Source of the DNA: Eledone cirrhosa
Taxonomy: Eukaryota
Length of the DNA: 64,000 nt
Direction: 5' to 3'
Assembly: GCA_964016885.1 (NCBI GenBank)
Contig: OZ024741.1
Location: 412,548,001-412,612,000 of the forward strand
The notes beneath the pieces are model-generated. The model saw nothing but the letters and a program-made list of their open reading frames with translations, did no database searches and was not told where the DNA came from. The number at the start of each line of letters is the position of its first letter. The first letter of the stretch is position 1. Below, piece by piece: positions 52,091 to 64,000 of this stretch. The translations under genes and the position numbers were made by a program.

Positions 52091-52192
52091 ACGGTGGATT
52101 GGCAGTATCGGTAGAGGGTCGAACGCTATGCTTTGACGCATAGAATTACGGCCCTTGCCATTCTGAGTTCGAATCCCGCCGAGGTTAACTTT
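52091..52192 (+). mobile_element. SINE A 5' half; 3' half at 55607-55702 (split by the RTE)
   Basis: The two halves are collinear across the TSD. Confidence 0.9.
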
Positions 52193-55100
52193 CCAACCTA
52201 AAGTCCAACCCCTCCTCAACGTGGCAGGGCGGTGGCAACGGGTAGTGTCAGAGCTATGCCGTCGGAAACTTCGATTCCTGGTAGGACCACCCAAGGCGGA
52301 TTGGTCTGGCACCCAGCGCTATTAGGGCCGCAACCCAGCAAAAGGGGCTCTGGTGAAAATCCAAGAGGTGTTTGTTCCGGTAACCGGCGGCTTCGGGTCG
52401 TTTCTGTCCCTGCGTCTGTGGAGAATCTGCGGCAAACAGGATGTTTTTTCCCCTCGTTCGGGATATACATGCGGGTCTTTTGGGGACCGCTTGTGAATTC
52501 ACTACTCCCATGACACTTCTTCCATGAATCCTACAAATACGAACTATGAATACGAATTGCCGTGTCGCTACGAACTCAATGCAAAGTAACAGCGCTCCTA
52601 CCGCTATGGCTTTACAGACTACTCCCGCAGTAGTCCCGGTCTTCAGACGAAGGAAGGAATTGAGGGTGGCGTGCTGGAACGTCCTAACACTTCGTGACGA
52701 CGGTGTCCAGGCACTTACAATGAAGGCTCTGCACAGGTACTGCGTTAGTGTCGCTTGCCTTTCAGAAGTTCGACTTCCCGATGTTGGTCATCTTCCGATC
52801 AAAGTTCCTGGCGAGGACATCTACCACTTGTACCATAGTGGCGTGACTGACAACAGTGGCCTTCACGTGGTCGGTGTAGCGCTCAGCCCCGACGCGCAAG
52901 CGGCTCTGCTGGCGTGGCAGCCGATCTCACACCGACTCGCGCCGGTTCGATTGAAGAGTCAAATCTCCAACGTCAGCGTAATTGCCGTCTACGCTCCCAC
53001 ACTGAATGTGGACGAGGCGGACAAGACGCAGTTCTATGCCGATCTCCAAACAACCGTGGATGGCGTCCCCTCCAGTGATGTTCTCATTGTCGCTGGGGAC
53101 TGGAATGCGCGGACGGGGCCGGCTGATGATACAACACGGCATATTCTAGGACGCTTCGCCCTAGGCGTACGCTGTGACAATGGTGAACGGCTCGTGTCCT
53201 TCGCGGATGCCAATCGTCTTATCGTCACTAACACCCGGTTCCAAAATCCTCGGCGTCACCTCGTCATGTGGAGATCCAATGACGGAAGAACGGCCAATCA
53301 GATTGACTACATCCTGGTCAGATCTCGGTGGGCCAGCTCAATGATGGACTCGCGTGGGTATCTAGGGGCTGATACGGACAGTGAGCATGGGTCAGACAAT
53401 ACTCTTGTTCGAGCAACCCTTCGTCTGCGGCTGCAGGCGAAACCTCCTCCAAACCGCCAGAAAAGGATCGACATCTCGCGACTCAAGCTCGATGCTGGAA
53501 ATGGTTTCCGGATAGAGCTGCGAAACCGATTCCAAATGCTGAGTAACTAAGTGGAACAGCAACCGGAGCAGGAGTGGAACGCGCCCAGGGCGTCGACGGT
53601 TGAGGTGGCCAGAGAGCATCTCGGGTCGACCCAAAGACGCCATCGGGACTGAATCTCCGGCGGCACTCTTGAACTCGCGGAGTGCACCCAATCTTAGAGA
53701 TCTCCGACGTCGCACATCTCGGGCTATTCGGGCCGATCGGAGTGCACACTGGCGCGAATTTGCGGAGCAGACGGAGAGGGCAGCAGCCTGTGGTGAGTCG
53801 CGCAAGCTCTACCAACTGGTGAAGCGGGCAAGCCGAAGCAGTACGGGTATCAGCAAGACGATCCGTGATCGGAACGGGGCAGTCATTACCAATCTTAATG
53901 ACCGGCTAGTCCGATGCCGGGACCATTTCTCCGAGCTGCTCAACCACCCGCCACCACCCACGCTAACCTACGTGCAGCCTTTCGGAGAAGAATACGGGTG
54001 CAGCACTGCCCCTCCAACGGTCGAGGAGGTACGTGGTGTCCTGACACATCTCCGGAACAACAAGGCGCCGGGCGAAGATGGCGTTCCAGCTGAGGTCTAC
54101 AAGGCCGAGCCTGATGTCTTCGCAGCTTGGCTCCATCGAGTCTTCTCCTCGGTGTGGGTGACGGAGCGGTTCCCTGGTGACTGGAGCGAGGCAACTCTAC
54201 TACCCTTCTTCAAAAAAGATGACAGGAAACTGTTCCAACTACAGGGGTATCAGTTTAATTGACGTTGCTGCCAAAACCTTCGCAATTCTTCTGCTGAAGA
54301 GGTTCCAGGCCATCCATGATGTCCTTCTCAGGGCGGCTTCCGTCCGGGGAGGGGATGCGTTGATAAAATCTTCAATCTCCGGCGTGTCCTGGAACAACGG
54401 TGGGCACATCAACAGCCTACCGTCCTCTGTTTCATCGACTTTGCAGCTGCCTTCGACTCGGTAGATTAGGAAGCCCTATGGCGTATAATGCAGGCGGACG
54501 GCATCCCAGTGAAGCTGCTTCGTCTCATACACGGCTACTACCGGTCGACTCGGGCTCGAGTGAGGGTTTATGGTGGGGGAGACGAAGTCGTTCGATGTTG
54601 GGACCAGTGTTCGGCAGGGGTGTGCGCTATCGCCAACTCTATTTAACTACGCCATTGACTACACTCTCAACACAGCGCTCCAGGATTACCCGGGCGTAGA
54701 GGTCGGAAGAGGGGTCGTGGTGACGGAGCTGGCCTACACGGATGACATCGTGCTGATGGGCGCTAACGGGACAGATGTACAAGGTGCTCTGGAAAGGGTG
54801 CACACTGCAGCCGCCGCTGTTGGTCTACGAATCAATGCCGCCAAGTCGAAAGACATGACGTCACTGGTCTCGCCTGATGCCTGGCAGCCAATATCTCTCG
54901 AGGGAATGGACCTTGAGGATGTGGCGTCCTTCGTTTACATGGGTTCAACAGTGGTTCCAACGGGACAGGCCGCAGCCGAGGTCAAGCGTCGCTTAGGTGC
55001 TGCCAGATCTGCTTTTGGGCGCCTCCAGCGGTGTCTGTGGGACAGAAGAGAGATCACTTCGGCAACCAAAGGGCGATTCTACCAGGCCGTCGTTCGCACT

Positions 55101-55606
55101 ATCCTCCTCTATTGCTGTGAAATATGACCTATGAGGGTAGTCGATCAACGAGTGCTGGAGGTCTTGACAATGACTGTCTCTGTCGCATTCTTCGCTGCCG
55201 ACGCGTTGAGCGGGTACATATCACCAGTCTTTGTCTTCGCCTGAATCTTCGACCCCTTCTTTCAGTGCTTCTGCAGCGGCGCTTGAGATGGTTTGGTCAC
55301 GCAGCCCGACGCCCTGAGGGTGAGCTGATCCGCGATGTCCTCCTCCCACCTCCACTCCCTAACTGGCGCAAGCGCGTTGGCAGCTGAAGACCTGGGCAGC
55401 GACGATCAAGGAGGACCTCTCCGAACTCTCAGGTCCGCAGGTGGTCGGCCTGCGCCGATGGAAACGTTACTGGCTCGCTATCTCCAGAGACCTAGCCCGG
55501 GACCGTCGTGCGTGGGTTGCCATGGTTCGGGATGCCGTCAGGACAAGGGAAGAAGCCGGCTCAACCCGTCCAGGGGGGAATGTCGACACAAGTACAAGTA
55601 AGTAAA
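52193..55606 (+). mobile_element. Near full-length RTE-clade LINE, inactivated
   Basis: TSD gaggttaacttt (52181-52192, 55607-55618). APE: CWNVLTL, LSEVR, VYAPT, GDWNA, NQIDYIL. RT: KAPGEDG, NYRGISL, RQGCALSP, AYTDD, RRLRWFGH. Tail caagtacaagtaagta. Confidence 0.95.
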
Positions 55607-55736
55607 GAGGTTAACTTTGCCTTTCATCCTTACGGGGTAGATAAAATAAAGTACCAGTAATGCACTGGGTATTTGCTAGCCTTGTGCCAAAAAGTAGAAA
55701 CAATTATATATATATATACATGTGTGTGTGTGTGTG

Positions 55737-57745
55737 TTGGAGCGCTGACCTCTATAGGGCTGAGGCTCTCCACCAGCTTCACAATACCCTTTTTTACCGC
55801 CCTTTATCCTCCGACCCCACTGCTGGCTACCAACAACTCGTGTCCTCCACCATCCACGAGCTCATCTCCTCCTCTCACCTACCCCCCACAACCACAAACC
55901 TTATTGTATGCCCCCTTCGCCCATCCACCATCTACATCCTCCCCAAAATACGCAAACAAAATAATCCCGACCGTCCTATCGTTTCTGCGTGCAACTGCCC
56001 CACCGAGATAATTTCTGAATATTTAGACACCATCCTCGCCCTGTTGGTCGGCAATCTCCCCTCCCACATCCACTATACAAATCATGCCCTTAGACGCTTC
56101 AACACTTTCTCCTTCCCTCCTGGTCCCTCCCGCCTTCTCTTTACCCTGGACATCACCTCTCTCTATACCGTCATCCCTCATGATGACGGCCTCTGAGCTC
56201 TCCAACATTTTTTAGATTTACGCCCTACCCCTTACCCCAGCACTACCACTCTTCTCCGTCTGGCTGAGCTTGTTCTCACCCTCAATAGATTTTCTTTTCC
56301 GGGTGAATTTTATCAGCAGGTCTCTGATAGAGCGATGGGAACCAGAATGGGTCCAAACTATGCCAACTTGTTTGTTGGCTACGTCGAAGGCCAGATCTTC
56401 TCCCAGTACACTGGACCGACACCTGAGCTATACGGTCGTAATATCGACGACTGTATTGGCGCCACCTCTCTATCACGAGAACAGCTCGACTGCTTTATTT
56501 CTTTTGTCCAATCTTTCCATCCTGCTCTCACTTTCACCGCCTCCATCTCCGATTCTTCTGTCGCTTTTCTAGATATCTCTCTATCTATTAATCACTCTCA
56601 CCACACCCTCTCTACTTCCATCTTCATTAAACCAACAGACTCCCAATTTTACCTCGACTTCAACTCCTCCCATCCAACCCGCACCAAACACTCCATGCCC
56701 TATTCCCAATTCCTCCGTCTTCGTCGGCTCTGTAGCCAGGACGACGATTTCGAAACCCATTCGCTTCGCATGGCTTCCTACTTCATCCAGCGTTGATATC
56801 ACTCCACTCTGATCCAAGCTGCTCTCACCCGCGCCTGCGAAACAGACCGCACCACCGCCCTCTCACCTCACCCCGCCCTCCCAACACCCCTGTTCCTTTC
56901 CCTCTCACCTACCACCCATCAACACACCACTCTGGCGACATATCCTCCGTTCCTTCCGTATCCTCTCTTCTGACACCCTCACTTCTCGCTTTTTTTCCAA
57001 ACCCACCCATTACTGCTTTTAAGCGCGCCCGCAACCTCCACGACCTCCTGGTTCGCAGTTCCTTCTCGTCCTCTCCCACGACTCCACCCGACTCTGATCC
57101 TTGTTCCCGTTCCCGCTGCAACACTTGACCCTTCATTTCCACCCTCACCACTTTACAGGCCCTAACGGGTCTTTCCGTATCCGCCATTCCTTCACCTGCA
57201 CATCCACCCACGTTGTCTATGCCCTGCAGTGTTCCCCTTTCGGGTCTTTAGATATCGGACAAACGGGACGGCGTATGGCGGACCGTTTTGCCGAACATTT
57301 GAGGGACATACAACTCGGTTTGGATACTCCTGTGGCCCGTGTTTTTCTGTTCTCCTGGTCATTCTTCCCTACATGTTTCAGTCCTGGGTGTCCTTTTACA
57401 TCATGGATCACAGACCTCGCGCACCAGGACTGAACAAAGTCTGATTCACCGCCTTGGGTCTTATTCCCCTCTTGGACTCAACTCACCTCCCCAGTTTCTC
57501 TAATAGCCCGTCCATTATCACACCCCCAGATTCCTATCGCTTTCTCTTGATCATTAGCAGCTTCTATTACTACTAATACATGCCGACTATATATGCTCAC
57601 TCCACTTTTCCCTTCACTGCTCTGTATACACACATACACAACCTTATATTAACATACTTTTGCTCATAGCTTCGTACTTACATGCACACACATTCTTTTA
57701 CTCACATACACACACACATTTCTTCTTAGCTTCGTACGGACCTAT

Positions 57746-57835
<90 letters not shown>

Positions 57836-58232
57836 GTACACACACACACACACACACAAACACAAACACAACATGCTTACGCACGTGCACAAGTATAGCT
57901 CTTTTTACAAAACGGTTTCTTTTCCATTTCAGGTAGACGCGCTCCATCATCCACTTTTCTAAAAAATAAATCATACACAAAACGCCAGCACCAACAGTTT
58001 AGCAAGAGATGTGAACATGAATGGACCTGTTATTTTTATCTAAAGACATTTTTTGTAATTCCATCCCGCCCGTCCCCTCAATCTATCTTATTTCTCATTC
58101 TTTCTTCTGATGAAATACTAGTGTCCGAAACGGTAAGACCCTCTTCCTGCTATATCAAGCGTTAACCTAATATATCCCTTCCATATACTGTACCGATTGT
58201 GTTATTTTTTCTATTTACCTTTTACATACATA
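55737..58232 (+). mobile_element. Neptune-like PLE, upstream 5'-truncated unit
   Basis: LPKIRK, RPIVS, LDITSLYT, MGTRMGPNYANLF, RNIDD, AFLDI, PYSQFLRLRR, VVYALQC..IGQTGR..RFAEH; stops/frameshifts. Confidence 0.92.
58103..58139 (+). ncRNA. Minimal hammerhead (degenerate); paralogue at 60917-60952
   Basis: Consensus of the two copies: TCTT CTGATGA A GGAC TAGY GTCC GAA ACGT T AAGA. Confidence 0.75.
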
Positions 58233-58240
58233 TATATATA

Positions 58241-60640
58241 TCACCGCTTACGTGGACCTCTCAAAATTCGTTGGATTTTCTAATTGGATTTTCACCCCGA
58301 AACTGGATACCAACCCGGAGTACACCTGAACTTCCACCAGGAAATCTTTCGTATCATTGAAATTTTCTTTGCTTCTTGTATTTAATTATTCCACGACTCT
58401 CTACCACTTTTCCTCTACTACAATCTTCTTACACCACCTTCTCACCCGTCTATTTTTCACTACCACCCTAGTACCTTCAATATGCCTAATCTCAAATCTT
58501 TTCTCCGCCAGCTCCATTCTACTCTCAAGCGCTTCCTCCAACCTCCCCTCCCCCTATATGCATCCAATCCTCCCTGCATCTCTCAACCTGATCTTCACCA
58601 AAACACGATACAACAGTCACATCACATTTTTAAGTCGCTGTCTCCACCACCACCTCATTCCCCACGGTTTCCGCCTCAGTTTCACTCCACCTCTTAATCT
58701 TCCCCCACCACTGAACCCATCCTTACCCGCTCCTCTCGCCCGTTTATGCGGGCGACAATTCGATCAACTCTCGCCCAAATCCGTTCTCTCGACCGAGATC
58801 TCCCCAAGGCCTACCTCCATCTCTCCTCCACTTGCCACCCTTTCCTCGCCCAATTCCTTATCCAATTCATCCTTTACCTCAATCGCCTCCTTTTCAATTT
58901 CCTCACTTCCGTAAAAAAACACTAACTCGACTCTCTCCATTCCCCGCCTGCTGTCACCACCCATACTCATATCACCTCCAACCCTAACCCCTTTATCCTG
59001 TCACCTACCACTCCCTTTCCTCTCCCCACCACTGAATCTGCACACGCTTTGCCCAACCACCTTGACCCCCTCACCTCCACCTCTTTCACTCCCTCACGTC
59101 CCTGCACTGTAGTCACCATACCCCAGGACCTACCACTTTCCGAAGCTGACGCACCCTCCTCGCCCGTGGTTTGCGTTTTATACCAACCACATCTACCTGC
59201 AACGAGTTCCGCACACGTGCAGATATTGAAGAGTTCTTCCGTCGATTAAAGCTGAAAGCTCTTCACGACACGCCATCATCGTCACAGACGGATGACTTCA
59301 CTCGTCTCAGTTGCTGGCAATCACATTGGACGCCGAGCTCTGGCCAGTTCAGCACCCTCGGCTTCTTTGTCGATACTTGCCGGCGTACTGTGAACCGGTT
59401 CCGTTTCCACCAGCATTCTCGTCGCTCTAACATCACGCGGACTGAGCTCTCCGCTCTTCACAACCTTCAGCGTCGCGATGATATTGTCATCAAATCCGCT
59501 GACAAAGGTGGCGCTGTGGTGGTTTGGAGCGCTGACCTCTATAGGGCTGAGGCTCTCCACCAGCTTCACAATACCCTTTTTTACCGCCCTTTATCCTCCG
59601 ACCCCACTGCTAGCTACCAACAACTCGTGTCCGCCACCATCCATGAGCTCATCTCCTCCTCTCTCCTACCCACCACAACCACCAACCTTATTGTATGCAC
59701 CCTTCGCCCATCCACCATCTATTTCCTCCCCAAAATACGCAAACAAAATAATCCCGACCGTCCTATCGTTTCTGCGTGCAACTGCCCCACCGAGATAATT
59801 TCTGAATATTTAGACACCATCCTCGCCCTGTTGGTCGGCAATCTCCCCTCCTACATCCACTATACAAATCATGCCCTTAGACTCTTCAACACTTTCTCCT
59901 TCCCTCCTGGTCCCTCCCGCCTTCTCTTTACCCTGGACATTACCTCTCTCTATACCGTCATCCCTCATGATGACGGCCTCTGAGCTCTCCAACATTTTTT
60001 AGATTTACGCCCTACCCCTTACCCCAGCACTACCACTCTTCTCCGTCTGGCTGAGCTTGTTCTCACCCTCAATGGATTTTCTTTTTCGGGTGTATTTTAT
60101 CAGCAGGTCTCTGATAGAACGATGGGAACCAGAATGGGTCCAGACTATGCCAACTTGTTTGTTGGCTACATCGAAGGCCAGATCTTCTCCCAGTACGCTA
60201 GACCGGCACCTGAGCTATACGGTCGTAATATCGACGACTGTATTGGCGCCACCTCTCTATCAAGAGAACAGCTCGACTGCTTTATTTCTTTTGTCCAATC
60301 TTTCCATCCTGCTCTCAATTTCACCGCCTCTATCTCCGATTCACCGCCTTGGGTCCTATTCCCCTCTTGGACTCAACTCACCTCCCCAGTTTCTCTAATA
60401 GCCCGTCCATTATCACACCCCTAGATTCCTATCGATTTCTCTTGATCATTAGCAGCTTCTATTACTACTAATACATGCCGACTATATATGCTCACTCGAC
60501 TTTTCCCTTCACTGCTCTGTATACATACATACACACCCTTATATTAACATACTTTTGCTCATAGCTTCGCACTTACATGCACACACATTCTTTTACTCAC
60601 ATATACACACACATTTCTTCTTAGCTTCGTACGGACCTAT

Positions 60641-60689
<49 letters not shown>

Positions 60690-61022
60690 CTTACGCACGT
60701 GCATAAGTATAGCTCTTTTTACAAAACGGTTTTTTTCCCATTTCAGGTAGACGCGCTCCATCATCCACTTTTCTAAAAAATAAATCATTCACAAAACGCC
60801 AGCACCAACAGTTTAGCAAGAGATGTGAACATGAATGGACCTGTTATTTTTATCTGAAGACATTTTTTCCAATTCCATCCCGCCCGTTCCCTCAATCTAT
60901 CTTATTTCTCATTCTTTCTTCTGATGAAGGACTAGCGTCCGAACGTTAAGACCCTCTTCCTGCTATATCAAGCGCTAACCTAATATATCTCTTCCATATA
61001 CTGTACCGATTTTCTGTTTACC

Positions 61023-61030
<8 letters not shown>
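58241..61030 (+). mobile_element. Neptune-like PLE, downstream unit with complete 5' end and an 892-bp internal deletion
   Basis: N-terminal HITFLSRC..IPHG, ADKGGAVVV; near-identical to the upstream unit; junction gattc at 60338-60342. Confidence 0.92.
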
Positions 61031-61085
<55 letters not shown>

Positions 61086-62123
61086 ATAAATAAAAAATTC
61101 GCTCTAGATGGCTGAATATAATAAATGTAATGAGTTTTTCGAATATTAATAATAACATTCGATTCGTTTGCAATTATGCAAACAAGCCTCATTTTTAAAG
61201 CCATGTCAGTAGAATGAACCCTTCATTCTTGCTCTTGTGTTGGCATGTAAACATAACTGCAAATACTAATGTTTCTGGGTATCACCCTTCATCAGTACAG
61301 CTCACTGTTCACCTACCAACTGTCAGAGCTAATGAAAATATATGTTATTTTCTAAAGTATACAGTGACTGATCGGCCTGATTTGCATATTAGCAGACTGT
61401 TTGATCACTCAGATCTGCATATTAGCAGATCCACTGATCAGCCAGATTTACATATCAGCAGACTGGCCAGTCAGTTTCCTGTATACGAGCGATAAATGGC
61501 CGACTTTGCCACATTCAAATAAAGAAGAAAAAGAAAAAGAAAAAGAAAAAGAAAAAGAAAAAGAAAGAAAAAAAGAAAAAGAAAAAGAAAAAGGAGAAGG
61601 AGAATTTTTTCTTTTATATTTATAATAATAGTAATGATTTCTAGTATAGGCAAAAGGCCAGTAATTTGAGAGGGAGGGGAAAGTCGATGAAATCGACCCT
61701 AGTGCGTAACTGGTACTTTATTTTATCGACCCCGTAAGGATGAAAGGTAAAGTTAACCTCAGCAGGATTCGAACACAGACCGTAAAGGACCGTAACAATG
61801 CTGCAAAGCATGGTGTCTGACGCTCTACCGATACTGCCAATCCACCAATAATAATAATATTTTTTCTACTTTTGGCACAAGGCCAGCAATTATATCAGTG
61901 TATTACTGGTACTTTATTTTATCGATCCTGTAAGGATGAAAGGCAAAGTTAACTTCAGCCGGATTTGAACTCAGACCATAAAGAGCCGTAACTATTTGCT
62001 GCAAAGCATGGTGTCCGACCCTCTACCGATACTGCCAATCCACCGCCATCACCAATAATAATAATAATAATGATAATAATAATGGAGGAGGTTATAGTTC
62101 ACTTGAAGCATTGTGTAATGAGG

Positions 62124-63758
62124 TATAAACGTTTGAATATGTATAATAAAGCCAAAACAATGCAGGTATGGACATAGAAAAAAGAATGCAATTGCAAAAG
62201 ATATTGTTGACAATTCGTCTTTTACCTTAGATTTATTTTAAATGTCCTTAATTTTCGAGATAATATCTCTTCTTCAGAAGGAAATAAAGGTCTCAAACCA
62301 GCGTTCTAAATATCTTGCCAAGCCATGCTGACAGGAAATAGTATAGAGTATCTGTTCTATCTCTAATGTCAAAGAGTTAAATTAGGTGGATAAAGAGTAG
62401 TCTCCCTTTAAAAGGGGTTTGTTTAGGGGTTTTTTTTTTTATATACATGCCTGTTTAAGTGTGTGGGAGAATGCATGAAGGTGTAAGTATGTGAGTGTGT
62501 GTGTGTGAGTGTGAGAAGATAAGTCTATTCATAAATGTGGGGGATAGGTGTTATCTGGTGTTAGAGCTGGTTTTGTGTGTGTATGTGTGAGAGAGAATAA
62601 GTGGAGGTGTAAGCGTGTGTGTGTGTGCGTGCGTGTGTGTGTGTGTGGGTGTGTGTAAATATGGGGCTAGAAGCCCTATCATGTTATAAATTGGGTGTTG
62701 AGTTCTAGTCTATTATTGATTGGTGGTTGTGTTTTATCTATTATTAGTGCTTCCTTAATTCTAAGATTGCCGAGGTTTCTTTCCTTAGTTTCTATCCTAA
62801 CTGTTATGGTTTTGTCGGTGTTTTTGCATTTAACTAGGTGTTTCTTAAATGAGGAAGCGTTAGTATTGAGGTGTTCTTTTATTCTTATGTGGAGTGGTAT
62901 GGTGGTGCTACCTACGTAGAAGTTGTTGCATTTGTCACACTCTAGTCTGTGACAAAGAGTGTGACTAGAGTGTGACAAATGCAACAACTTCTACGTAGGT
63001 AGCACCACCAGACCACTCCACATAAGAATAAAAGAACACCTCAATACTAACGCTTCCTCATTTAAGAAACACCTAGTTAAATGCAAAAACACCGACAAAA
63101 CCATAACAGTTAGGATAGAAACTAAGGAAAGAAACCTCGGCAATCTTAGAATTAAGGAAGCACTAATTATAGATAAAACACAACCACCAATCAATAATAG
63201 ACTAGAACTCAACACCCAATTTATAACCTGATAGGGCTTCTAGCCCCATATTTACACCCCCCACACACACACGCTTACACCTCCACTTATTCTCTCTCAC
63301 ACATACACACACAAAACCAGTTCTAACACCAGATAACATCTATCCCCCACATTTACGAATAGACTTATCTTCTCACACTCACACACACACTCACATACTT
63401 ACACCTTCATGCATTCTCCCACACACTTAAACAGGCATGCATATAAAAAAAACCCTAAACAAACCCCTTTTAAAGGGAGACTACTCTTTATCCACCTAAT
63501 TTTAACTCTTTGACATTAGAGATAGAACAGATACTCTATACTATTTCCTGTCAGCATGGCTTGGCAAGATATTTAGAACGCTGGTTTGAGACCTTTATTT
63601 CCCTCTGAAGAAGAGATATTATCTCGAAAATTAAGGACATTTAAAATAAATCTAAGGTAAAAGACGAATTGTCAACAATATCTTTTGCAATTGCATTCTT
63701 TTTTCTATGTCCATACCGGCATTGTTTTAGCTTTATTATACATATTCAAACGTTTATA
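62124..63758. mobile_element. Head-to-head palindrome of a Penelope 3' end (GIY-YIG + pLTR)
   Basis: 62124-62947 is the reverse complement of 62963-63758; CDKCNNFYVGST..IRIKEH..KEALII on both strands. Confidence 0.93.
63602..63636 (+). ncRNA. Minimal type I hammerhead; mirror at 62246-62281(-)
   Basis: CCT CTGAAGA A GAGAT ATT ATCTC GAA AATT A AGG; palindromic AATT stem III. Confidence 0.8.
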
Positions 63759-63824
63759 ATAATAATAATTTATTGTAATTAATAATAGTTCAGCAACATT
63801 AATCGGATGGTGATTGCCAGTATG

Positions 63825-64000
63825 AAAAGTTGTTAACATGGGTGGAGTGACAGAACCATTTAATTTATTACCATGGCTATAGTGTTGACATTTCTGAATG
63901 TGATTATGTAGCCTAACTTTTACCATAAGGATTAAAACACATACAGGCACACAAGAGAGCAACATATGACATAGAGAAGAGAAGTACGTCTATTTTAGCT
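63825..64000. repeat. Near-identical direct copy of 42422-42597 (continues off the right edge)
   Basis: 176 bp with one visible mismatch (ggtag vs ggtgg). Confidence 0.92.

Noticed and set aside
56194-56196. Programmed readthrough at the shared TGA
   Set aside because: Consistent with CGA-to-TGA decay and accompanied by other shared lesions.

Overview
Repeat-dominated, AT-rich animal genomic DNA, probably octopus/cephalopod (inferred from the SINE families and microsatellite load, not verified). No host protein-coding gene is confidently identified. The window holds a young Tx1/L1-type LINE with intact ORF1 and an uninterrupted ORF2 running off the left edge, several R4/Dong-like RLE-LINE remnants, an RTE LINE with a 12-bp TSD inserted into a SINE, and CR1-like fragments. 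It also holds a decayed Rep-Helicase Helitron, three non-autonomous Helitrons, about 20 copies of a tRNA-derived SINE and at least seven Penelope-like element (PLE) copies (Naiad-, Neptune- and Penelope/Poseidon-like). The most notable signal is a dense set of type I hammerhead-ribozyme folds, including U3-A8 and U4A core variants, mostly at PLE-type ends flanked by (TA)n and often mirrored as fold-back palindromes. One of them sits in a non-coding 513-nt retrozyme-like unit. Coordinates were read by eye and may be off by a few bases. Most short ORFs in the track are microsatellite or antisense artefacts.
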